Below, one piece after another: positions 1 through 8,010 of a stretch of DNA of 64,000 nucleotides. The DNA is from Clostridia bacterium (lineage in GTDB: Bacteria; Bacillota; Clostridia; UBA1212; DUPL01): the NCBI GenBank assembly GCA_050951325.1, contig JBMNIW010000005.1, positions 128,001 to 192,000 on the forward strand, given 5' to 3'. Every line of letters starts with the position of its first letter. Position 1 is the first letter of the stretch. The position numbers and the translations under genes are program-made. Below the pieces are notes generated by a model. It ran no database searches, was not told the DNA's origin, and saw only the letters and a list, made by a program, of their open reading frames with translations.

Positions 1-861
1 GCAGGTAAAAAGGAAAGAATAACGGTTGGCCAGGCGATTGAAGCAATATGCATAGCGTCAGCAAATGATGCTGCATATGCTCTTGCTCATTACATAGGGA
101 AAAACGAAGACGGTTTCGTTGAAATGATGAACAAAAAGGCGCTGGAGCTGGGACTAAAGAATACCTTCTTCACCGACTCTGCAGGTATTGAAGATGGACA
201 TTACATGTCAGCAAATGATGCTGCTATTCTGTCGTATCACTTGATAAAGAATTATCCAGATGTTTTGAATTACACCATAAAGACCTATGGAGAGTTTGAA
301 CATTGGTCAACGGGTCAGGAAAAAACAATGATGGTGTCGTCAAATCATCTGATTAAATTTTACAATGGAAGCGATGGTTTGATAACAGGTTATTCCAAAG
401 AGGATGGATACGCTGGAGTTGGAACAATTTCGGTTGATGAAAAGCGAGTTATTGCTGTTGTAATTGGTGTTGAAACTCAGAGTCACAGAGCTGCAGAATT
501 AAAAAAGCTTCTTGAGTATGGACTTTCCGAATTTGAGTACAGGGTTATAGATGAAGCAGGTACTTTTGTCAGAAGAGTGCCAATTAAGGACGGGGTAAAG
601 AAGCAAATAGCGACAGCTACGGCAAGTGATTTTGCAATTGTTCTTCAAAAATCAAAGTTTGACAAAATTGCAAGAGAAGTCACAGTGAGCAGAAATTTGA
701 AAGCACCTATTAAAAAAGGTGAAGTTGTTGGTGAAGTGGTTTACAAGCTGGATGATGAGGAAATTGGCAGAGTCGACATAGTTGCAGACGAAGATATGGG
801 AAGAGTTGGCTGGTTCAAAAGGCTTATCAGGAAAATACTTGCATGGCTCGGGCTTGATTAG
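1..861 (+). CDS. D-alanyl-D-alanine carboxypeptidase family protein (peptidase S11 + PBP5 C-terminal domain), 5'-truncated by the window edge
   Basis: Frame is open from base 1 (AGKKERITVGQAIEAICIASANDAAYALAHYIG...). SxN motif SAN; MNKKALELGLKNTFF; LKAPIKKGEVVG C-domain; amphipathic C-terminal helix. The KTG motif reads ITG. Confidence 0.9.
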   Translation, partial: AGKKERITVGQAIEAICIASANDAAYALAHYIGKNEDGFVEMMNKKALELGLKNTFFTDSAGIEDGHYMSANDAAILSYHLIKNYPDVLNYTIKTYGEFEHWSTGQEKTMMVSSNHLIKFYNGSDGLITGYSKEDGYAGVGTISVDEKRVIAVVIGVETQSHRAAELKKLLEYGLSEFEYRVIDEAGTFVRRVPIKDGVKKQIATATASDFAIVLQKSKFDKIAREVTVSRNLKAPIKKGEVVGEVVYKLDDEEIGRVDIVADEDMGRVGWFKRLIRKILAWLGLD

Positions 862-865
862 AAAG

Positions 866-894
866 GTATAAAATATATTTTAGATGGCATAATA
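866..894 (+). promoter_or_regulatory. Probable sigma-G (forespore) promoter of the SASP gene
   Basis: GTATA-17 nt-CATAATA matches the sigma-G consensus, directly upstream of an alpha/beta SASP. Confidence 0.6.
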
Positions 895-932
895 TTATCG
901 CAACACAAAAATTAAGTAAGTGTGGTGATATT

Positions 933-1118
933 ATGGCTAACAACAAAAACAAATCTGCATTCAATCAGATGAAGTTCGAAGTTGCTAAAGAACTTGGTAT
1001 TGATCTGAAAGAAGGCTACAATGGCGACAAAACAGCACGCGAAAACGGTGCCATTGGCGGTCGTATAACTCAGAAGGTTTTTGAGCAATATACTGGAAAG
1101 AATTACAAGAACCAATAA
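933..1118 (+). CDS. Alpha/beta-type small acid-soluble spore protein
   Basis: KFEVAKELG and GDKTARENGAIGG motifs, 61 aa. Confidence 0.93.
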   Translation: MANNKNKSAFNQMKFEVAKELGIDLKEGYNGDKTARENGAIGGRITQKVFEQYTGKNYKNQ

Positions 1119-1129
1119 TTCCTTAGATA

Positions 1130-1164
1130 AAACAAGGTATCCCGATTTTTGGGATACCTTGTTT
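1130..1164. terminator. Bidirectional intrinsic terminator
   Basis: aaacaaggtatccc / gggataccttgttt inverted repeat between convergent genes. Confidence 0.8.
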
Positions 1165-1166
1165 GA

Positions 1167-1817
1167 CTAGAATATGGGTGATAGAATTAAGGCGAAAAAA
1201 TTAATCATAAGTGATACAGGTGTGTGTATAAGGTAGTAGCCAAGTGGGGTTGAACGCAGAAGAAGTATGAATCCGATAAAAATGAACATACTGTATTTTT
1301 CTATGTTATAGAGTACATTGTTGTATTTGTATGGCACAAAGTTGGTTATGAAATAGTAGCCGTCAAGTCCTGGAAGTGGCAGTAGGTAAAACATTCCCAA
1401 AGACAAAGAAATAGTGCAACCCAGATATAACATCAATGAAATAATATCCGATACCATGCTGATAGGTAGCAGGGATTCTGATAATGCACTCAAAAAGAAC
1501 AGAATAAACCCACCTATAATGCAGGATATGGGTCCTGATATATAGAAAATTGCTACATCTCTTTTAATCTTCTTGAAGAACCTGGTTCTAACTGGGACAG
1601 GTTTTGCCCATCCTATACCAAATAAAATAATGAAAATGAACCCTATGAGGTCAATATGAGCCGCTGGATTCATTGTAAGGCGTCCCGCATTTCTTGGAGT
1701 TGGATCACCGAGTTTTCCAGCAACAAAGGATTGAAAGAATCCTTTGAATGAAAATATAAAAATGATACCAGGGATGCTTAACAGCATGTTTCTGAATTCG
1801 CCTATCAAGTAACTCAT
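1167..1817 (-). CDS. Site-2 protease (M50) family membrane protein with degenerate HExxH motif
   Basis: LGDPTPRNAGRLTMNPAAHID, GWAKPVPV, SGP and LLPLPGLDG motifs. Start set at the ATG at 1817 after an AAAGGAG RBS. Confidence 0.85.
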   Translation of the reverse strand: MSYLIGEFRNMLLSIPGIIFIFSFKGFFQSFVAGKLGDPTPRNAGRLTMNPAAHIDLIGFIFIILFGIGWAKPVPVRTRFFKKIKRDVAIFYISGPISCIIGGFILFFLSALSESLLPISMVSDIISLMLYLGCTISLSLGMFYLLPLPGLDGYYFITNFVPYKYNNVLYNIEKYSMFIFIGFILLLRSTPLGYYLIHTPVSLMINFFALILSPIF

Positions 1818-1951
1818 GATTGTCTCCTTTGTAATATGTGATGTGTTTTTCTTTGAAATGATATCATATAAATATTGGCAAATCAAATATTTTTAATTTA
1901 CAAACATCTCCGTTTTATATATAATACCTCATGTGAAACGTAGAAAGAGGT

Positions 1952-2743
1952 GTGAGATTATTTTTGGAACCTGTTAAAATACGTTTGGATAATTTTGAGG
2001 GTCCTTATGATTTACTGTTATCCTTACTGGAAAAAAACAAGCTTGAAATAACTGAAATATCGATTACTGAAATAGCTGATCAATATATTGAATACATAAG
2101 CAGCGCAGGCGGATTTGATCTTGATATTGCCAGCGAGTTTCTTGTAATGGGTGCAACTCTTATCCATATGAAATCAAAGAGACTATTACCAAAGCCTGAA
2201 GAGGAAGAGGAGGAGCTTACTGCAGAGGAGCTTGCAAGGCGTCTCTCCTTGTACAAGAGTATTAAACAGGCTTCATATACCCTGGAAAAAGATATGGAGT
2301 TCTGGTCACAGTGTCTGTACAAGAAACCTGAAGAACTTAACTTTCCAAGAAGGGAAGAAATATTGGATTTGAATATATTTGAGTTGTCAAATTGCATGAC
2401 AATTTTACAGCAACGTTTGAAGGACAGAAGGCAGGACACCAGCAAGAAAATGGAGCAAATCCTTGAAAGGGAGAAGGTAAGTCTAAAGGACATGATGGTA
2501 AGAGTAGTTAATGTAATTACCAAAAAGACAAGGACTAGGTTCTCCGAGCTGTTTTCATTGAAACGGCATAGTAAGACGGAGGTTGTTACAGGTTTTCTTG
2601 CAATATTGGAACTTGATAAGGGAAAAAAGATAAAACTTCAGCAAGAGAAGTTGTTTGATGAGATAGATATTTATCTTAACAATAATGGAAACGACAATAA
2701 TTTGGAAGAGTTTCTAAATTCATATGACGATATTGATATGTAA
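1952..2743 (+). CDS. scpA: Segregation and condensation protein A
   Basis: FEGPYDLLL N-terminal motif, ASEFLVMGATL..KS..LLP, C-terminal FLAILEL; adjacent to scpB. Confidence 0.95.
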   Translation: MRLFLEPVKIRLDNFEGPYDLLLSLLEKNKLEITEISITEIADQYIEYISSAGGFDLDIASEFLVMGATLIHMKSKRLLPKPEEEEEELTAEELARRLSLYKSIKQASYTLEKDMEFWSQCLYKKPEELNFPRREEILDLNIFELSNCMTILQQRLKDRRQDTSKKMEQILEREKVSLKDMMVRVVNVITKKTRTRFSELFSLKRHSKTEVVTGFLAILELDKGKKIKLQQEKLFDEIDIYLNNNGNDNNLEEFLNSYDDIDM

Positions 2744-2756
2744 AGGATGGTAGTGG

Positions 2757-3296
2757 ATGAAAAACTACGAAGCAATAATTGAGGCGTTGCTTTTTGCATC
2801 AGGCCATAAGGTGGAAGCGAGTGAAATGGCGTCCGTTTTAGGGTTGGATAATAAAGAGTTGATTGACATAATGGACAGGCTTATAAAAAAGTATGATGAA
2901 AACAATGGCGGTTTGATGATTAGAAAGATAAAAGACGGATATCAAATGTGTTCAAGACCTGAGTATCATGATGATATAAAGGAATATTTTGAACAGCCAC
3001 AAAAACAAGGCCTTACCAGAGCCGCCATGGAAACTTTGAGTGTAGTCGCATACAATCAGCCCATAACCAGGGCTGGTATAGAGTTTATAAGAGGTGTCAA
3101 CAGCGACAGTAGTCTATTAAAGCTTGTTGAAAGAGGTTTGGTAAAGGAAGTTGGTAGAAGTGACGGCCCGGGCAGACCAATTCTTTATGGAACTACAGAT
3201 AATTTTCTTAGAAGTGTTGGTATTTCTTCTTTGGCGGAACTTCCTCCGCTTCAGGAGAATGTCGCTAGCGACATCTCCGAAACGGACGAGGAATAA
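2757..3296 (+). CDS. scpB: Segregation and condensation protein B
   Basis: IEALLFAS, ETLSVVAYNQPITRAGIEFIRGV, PGRPILYGTT motifs. Confidence 0.96.
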   Translation: MKNYEAIIEALLFASGHKVEASEMASVLGLDNKELIDIMDRLIKKYDENNGGLMIRKIKDGYQMCSRPEYHDDIKEYFEQPQKQGLTRAAMETLSVVAYNQPITRAGIEFIRGVNSDSSLLKLVERGLVKEVGRSDGPGRPILYGTTDNFLRSVGISSLAELPPLQENVASDISETDEE

Positions 3297-3758
3297 CTAA
3301 ATATTCAGTTCGTCAAATTCTTCCTGTTCTTTTTTTTCCCTGTTTTGGGCTATTAAATTATTTACCCTGTTTACAAGATCCGGTATCATTTTAACAAGCT
3401 GTTCTGCAACGGTATTGCTGGTTACCGGCAGCAGCTGAACATCTCCACCTCCAACAACCATGAATGCTACAGGAGTGATGCAAACACCTGCTCCGCTTCC
3501 TCCAGCAAAGGGATATTTGACAGGAGTTATTAGTTTGTCATCCAGTGGAGAATTTCCTTTTGTAGATTCTGAAAAATCAATATCCCCATAGTATTCACCA
3601 CCGCCTGCTGCCAGGCCGAATGACACCTTGGATATTGGAAGGATAACAAATCCATCTGGTGTTTGTACCGGGTCTCCAATTATGGTGTTGACATCCACCA
3701 TATCTTTTATGCTTTGCATAGCTGTTTCCATTAAACCGTTTATTGGATGATTTGCCAT
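3297..3758 (-). CDS. ytfJ: Sporulation protein YtfJ/GerW family
   Basis: MVDVNTIIGDP, PISKVSFGLAAGGGE, PFAGGSGAG..ITPVAF motifs. Confidence 0.93.
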   Translation of the reverse strand: MANHPINGLMETAMQSIKDMVDVNTIIGDPVQTPDGFVILPISKVSFGLAAGGGEYYGDIDFSESTKGNSPLDDKLITPVKYPFAGGSGAGVCITPVAFMVVGGGDVQLLPVTSNTVAEQLVKMIPDLVNRVNNLIAQNREKKEQEEFDELNI

Positions 3759-3763
3759 AGTAC

Positions 3764-4234
3764 TTATCCTTTCTTTTTTTTGATATATAGTTTTAGCAAT
3801 CGTATTGCTGCAGATATAATATTAACAAAATTTAGTTTAAATATACATTCAGCATACAGTTTGATTATTGCATTGTTGTATCTAGGATTGATTCTAACTT
3901 TTGTTTTTTGAATGTATGCAATATTTGATAGAAAACCAATGAGCGAACCGACAAAGGAGTAAAGCATTCCTACTGATACGGCTGTCAATGCCGGATCTGC
4001 TAGACCCAAATCTCCTTTAAACTCCAAGTATTCGATTTTTCTTTTCTTTGTGCTTTCCCATAGAATTTTGGTAATTTCAGTTCCTTTGAATTTTGCTTTT
4101 CTTTTTTTCTTCTTCTTTTTTATCTTTTTGGGAGCGCTTGGTATCTTGTATGTCTTTATTATTATGCCAAATAGCATAATATGTATAAAAATATGGATGT
4201 CATCACCAAATTCTGCCTGTATCCAGATTTTCAA
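3764..4234 (-). CDS. DUF2953 (YtfI-like) protein
   Basis: GLADPALTAVSVG motif, upstream of ytfJ as in the usual synteny; TTG start after a GGAGG RBS. Confidence 0.8.
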   Translation of the reverse strand: MKIWIQAEFGDDIHIFIHIMLFGIIIKTYKIPSAPKKIKKKKKKRKAKFKGTEITKILWESTKKRKIEYLEFKGDLGLADPALTAVSVGMLYSFVGSLIGFLSNIAYIQKTKVRINPRYNNAIIKLYAECIFKLNFVNIISAAIRLLKLYIKKKKG

Positions 4235-4307
4235 GAAAACCTCCCTCTTCCATATGAAAAAATTGTAAGCCCATGACTATATTGCACATTATTTTCCTTG
4301 TTTATAC

Positions 4308-4336
4308 TTGCAATTAAAAAATTGTTCATGTATAAT
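4308..4336 (+). promoter_or_regulatory. Sigma-A promoter for rluB
   Basis: TTGCAA-17 nt-TATAAT. Confidence 0.65.
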
Positions 4337-4364
4337 GTGCATGAAATAAGGAAAAGGGATATTT

Positions 4365-5093
4365 ATGGAAAGAATTAGGTTGCAAAAATATATTGCCATG
4401 TGTGGTGTTTGCTCAAGACGGGATGCCGAAGAACTTATAAAACAAGGCAGAGTATACGTAAATGGCAGTAAAGTAGAAGAAATGGGATTGAAGATTACTT
4501 ATGAAGACAAGGTTGAAATAGATGGTAATGTAATCAGTATGGAAAAGAAAAAATACTATATAATGATGAACAAACCTACAGGTGTAATAAGTGCTGTGAG
4601 TGATGACAGAGGAAGAAAATGTGTTACTGATTTTATAAAGGGAGTTGATGCAAGACTTTATCCTGTAGGCAGGTTGGATTATGACACGCAAGGATTGATT
4701 TTAATAACCAATGATGGGGATTTCATGCAGAAATTAACTCATCCATCCCATGAAGTATGGAAAACATATGAGGCTTTGGTAAGAGGTATTCCTGATCAAA
4801 ACGACATAAAGGAGTTTGAACAAGGTTTACTGCTAGAAGATGGCATGACGCTGCCTTGTGTATTGGAGGTAATAGGATATGAGGGGAAAAACGCTATTGT
4901 AGAAGTTATGATTAGAGAAGGCAGAAACAGACAGGTTCGAAGGATGCTTGAGCGAATAAACCATCCGGTAATCAGATTGAAAAGAACGAAGATAGCATCC
5001 CTGGAGCTGGGTGATTTGAAGCCAGGCCAGTGGAGGTTTTTAAATAGTGAAGATTTCAAGGCTTTAAACATGTCAGATAGGGAACAGGCATAA
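4365..5093 (+). CDS. rluB: rRNA pseudouridine synthase (RluB/RsuA family)
   Basis: S4 domain RLQKYIA..SRR; PVGRLDYDTQGL catalytic Asp; EGRNRQVRRM. Confidence 0.92.
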   Translation: MERIRLQKYIAMCGVCSRRDAEELIKQGRVYVNGSKVEEMGLKITYEDKVEIDGNVISMEKKKYYIMMNKPTGVISAVSDDRGRKCVTDFIKGVDARLYPVGRLDYDTQGLILITNDGDFMQKLTHPSHEVWKTYEALVRGIPDQNDIKEFEQGLLLEDGMTLPCVLEVIGYEGKNAIVEVMIREGRNRQVRRMLERINHPVIRLKRTKIASLELGDLKPGQWRFLNSEDFKALNMSDREQA

Positions 5094-5154
5094 GATGACT
5101 TATGCCAGGGATGGTTATTATTAAAAGCGATTTGTAAGAAAGTTCAGGTGTAAA

Positions 5155-7449
5155 ATGGATACTAAAGGGTCTATAGAAGTACTGCCATCACATGTTGTTG
5201 ATGCCCTTAGAGCCCATGATATAGATGCCAGCGACATAAAGGTCAGTGTTAAGTCGGATATGACTCTTGATAATGTGTATATGGATTCGTGGGTATTTAT
5301 AACCGGGGAACGCTTGGTTTTAATGGATGGCTTGGTACATAAGAGTGGAAAGAAGAAAGGCAAAAAAGCTGCCGAGATAAATGAAAACTGGGAAGAAAAA
5401 AGCTATACGGAATACCCAATAACAGAATTCAAGGATTTCAAGGTTGAAATATTGCCTGCAACAAACATCATAACCGCCAACAGAAATGGCGATGATTTTG
5501 TTGTGTGCAAATTTACAAACACCCTTGGAAAGAAAATGCGTGCTTTCACAGAGCTTGCCAACAAAGTTGTTGAGGGAAAGGAAATAACCGAGGAGGATTT
5601 GGCAGGCCATGATATTGAAAGCTCATACTGTCCCAAGTGCGGAAAACTATACAGAAATCAGGAAGAGAAGATTTGCATACACTGCATAGATAGAAAAAAG
5701 GTGTTTTTTAGACTTCTTAATTATGGAAGTCAATACAAATGGTATATGGTGGCAATTGTCATCTTCATTCTTATTTCTTCAGGACTGGCTCTACTGTATC
5801 CTTACCTGGGCAACAAGATATTTTACGACGAGATTCTAAGTGAAAGTGGCAAATACTATGGCAAGGTTGTAATGCTTGTCGGACTTATACTTTGCCTTCG
5901 ACTTGTTTCACTACTGGTAACAGTGCTTTATGGACGCATAAATGCATTTCTTTCAAACCACATCGTGTTCAACCTGAGAAACGACGTTTTCAAAAGCATG
6001 CAGGATCTGTCCATAAGCTTTTTCATGCACAAGCAAACTGGTTCATTAATGACTAGAGTGGACAGGGACTCCGAGCATGTTCAGTGGTTCTTCCTTGACG
6101 GAGTTCCTTACCTTATTGTCAACTTCATCAATATTGTCGGTGTGTCGCTATTGATGATATCGATTCGGCCGGTTTTGTCACTGCTTGTGCTCATACCTGC
6201 GCCTTTTATTTTCATCTTTTTTAGGAGATGGCTTCCTAAGTTTTACAAGCTATTTGGAAGATCCCATAAAAGACGTTCAGCCATGAACGCAAGGATGAAT
6301 GATTCGTTCATGGGTCTTAAAGTTGTTAAGGCTTTTGGAAAAGAAGACAAGGAAAATGAAGACTTTTCAAGATCAAGCAATCGCTTTAGCGTAGCAAACA
6401 TGCATATTGGAATAACATCCTCAACAGTTTTTCCAGTTGTAAGTTTTCTTATGTGGATGGGTTCGCTGGCAATTTACATTTTTGGTGGACTTCTAATTAT
6501 CGAAGGCAAGCTGTTGTTTGGCGATATCGCAACGTTGGTTGGATATGTGGGCATGATATATGGTCCCATGCAGTGGTTTGCCCGTCTAGTAAGCTTCTGG
6601 TCGCGAGCTATGAACTCAGCCAATAGAATCTTTGAGGTAATTGATGCAGAACCGGAAGTGAAGGAGAAAAAGGATCCTGTCAGAAAGATGGAGTTTAATG
6701 GCGATGTCAAAATAGACAATGTCTCCTTCAGTTACGAACCTAACAGAATGGTATTGAAGAATGTCAGTGTTGATGTGAAAGCCGGAGAGAACATTGGTGT
6801 GGTTGGACATTCCGGCGCAGGCAAGTCTACACTTGTCAACCTCATAACCAGATTGTATGATGTTGATTCTGGCGGAATTTATATTGATGGTATAAACATA
6901 AAGGATCTTTCCATTGAAGACTTGAAAAGCCAGATCGGCATTGTTCTTCAGGATACATATCTGTTTATGGGAACTATTGCAGAAAACATTGCGTATGGAA
7001 AGCCTGATGCTACGATGACGGAAATAATTAAAGCCGCAAAGGCTGCTTATGCGCACGAATTCATTATGAACACACCGGATGGTTATGATACAAGAATTGG
7101 TACCGGTGGACATGGTCTATCAGGAGGAGAAAGGCAAAGAGTTTCTCTTGCTAGGGCCATGCTAAAGAATCCGCGCATTTTGATTTTGGATGAGGCAACG
7201 TCAGCAATTGATACCCAGACCGAAAGCCAGATTCAGAAAGCACTTGAGAAGCTTGCCGAAGGAAGAACAACTTTCAACATAGCTCACAGATTGTCAACGT
7301 TGAGAAATGCAGACAGATTGATTGTTTTGGACAACGGTGAGATAGTTGAAATGGGTACGCACGAAGAAGTGTATGCGCAGGAAGGCGTATATCACAAACT
7401 TTACCATATTCAGAAAGAGGCATTAAAACTAAGGGGGATTAATGACTGA
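5155..7449 (+). CDS. ABC exporter (TMD+NBD) with N-terminal extension and Zn-ribbon
   Basis: Walker A GHSGAGKS, LSGGERQR, ILDEATS, AHRLS; hydrophobic TMD; CPKC...CIHC before the TMD. Confidence 0.93.
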   Translation: MDTKGSIEVLPSHVVDALRAHDIDASDIKVSVKSDMTLDNVYMDSWVFITGERLVLMDGLVHKSGKKKGKKAAEINENWEEKSYTEYPITEFKDFKVEILPATNIITANRNGDDFVVCKFTNTLGKKMRAFTELANKVVEGKEITEEDLAGHDIESSYCPKCGKLYRNQEEKICIHCIDRKKVFFRLLNYGSQYKWYMVAIVIFILISSGLALLYPYLGNKIFYDEILSESGKYYGKVVMLVGLILCLRLVSLLVTVLYGRINAFLSNHIVFNLRNDVFKSMQDLSISFFMHKQTGSLMTRVDRDSEHVQWFFLDGVPYLIVNFINIVGVSLLMISIRPVLSLLVLIPAPFIFIFFRRWLPKFYKLFGRSHKRRSAMNARMNDSFMGLKVVKAFGKEDKENEDFSRSSNRFSVANMHIGITSSTVFPVVSFLMWMGSLAIYIFGGLLIIEGKLLFGDIATLVGYVGMIYGPMQWFARLVSFWSRAMNSANRIFEVIDAEPEVKEKKDPVRKMEFNGDVKIDNVSFSYEPNRMVLKNVSVDVKAGENIGVVGHSGAGKSTLVNLITRLYDVDSGGIYIDGINIKDLSIEDLKSQIGIVLQDTYLFMGTIAENIAYGKPDATMTEIIKAAKAAYAHEFIMNTPDGYDTRIGTGGHGLSGGERQRVSLARAMLKNPRILILDEATSAIDTQTESQIQKALEKLAEGRTTFNIAHRLSTLRNADRLIVLDNGEIVEMGTHEEVYAQEGVYHKLYHIQKEALKLRGIND

Positions 7450-7997
7450 TGGAAAATAAACAGGACAACAAGTTGGAAACCATAGATGATATTGCAGTAC
7501 TAAGGTTTTTGGAAGACGAGGATATTGATCTGACAAAAACAGAAGGAGGTTTTCTTTCTCTTAAGATTGGGGAAGAGGAAGAGTACAAAAGAATTGCCCT
7601 TCAAAGAGCATTTCCTTTGAGCAGGCCTAATGAGTATATTACGATACGTGAAGTTAATGACAAACGGGAGCTTGGCAAGGAGATAGGAATAATATTGAAT
7701 ATAGAAGATATATCTCCTGAAAAGAGAAGGCTTATTGAGGATGAATTGGATTTACGTTATCACACTCCCGTTGTATTACAGGTGTATTCATTAAGGGATG
7801 AATATGGTTACATTTATATGAATGTCAATACAACTGCTGGGAAAAAGAACATTACTGTTCCAAACAGCAGCAACAATTTTATCAGGTTGTCCGACATTCG
7901 TGTACTGATTATTGATATGGATGGAAACAGGTTTGAAATACCTGATTACAAAACATTGGATCCTAAGAGTGTAAGGCTTCTTGAGACCGTTATTTAA
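7449..7997 (+). CDS. DUF1854 domain protein
   Basis: RAFPLSRPNEYITI, EIGII..I, ELDLRY..P, IIDMDGNRFEIPD..LD..S pattern; translationally coupled between two ABC exporters. Confidence 0.85.
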   Translation: MENKQDNKLETIDDIAVLRFLEDEDIDLTKTEGGFLSLKIGEEEEYKRIALQRAFPLSRPNEYITIREVNDKRELGKEIGIILNIEDISPEKRRLIEDELDLRYHTPVVLQVYSLRDEYGYIYMNVNTTAGKKNITVPNSSNNFIRLSDIRVLIIDMDGNRFEIPDYKTLDPKSVRLLETVI

Positions 7998-8010
7998 AGG
8001 GGTATAAATT

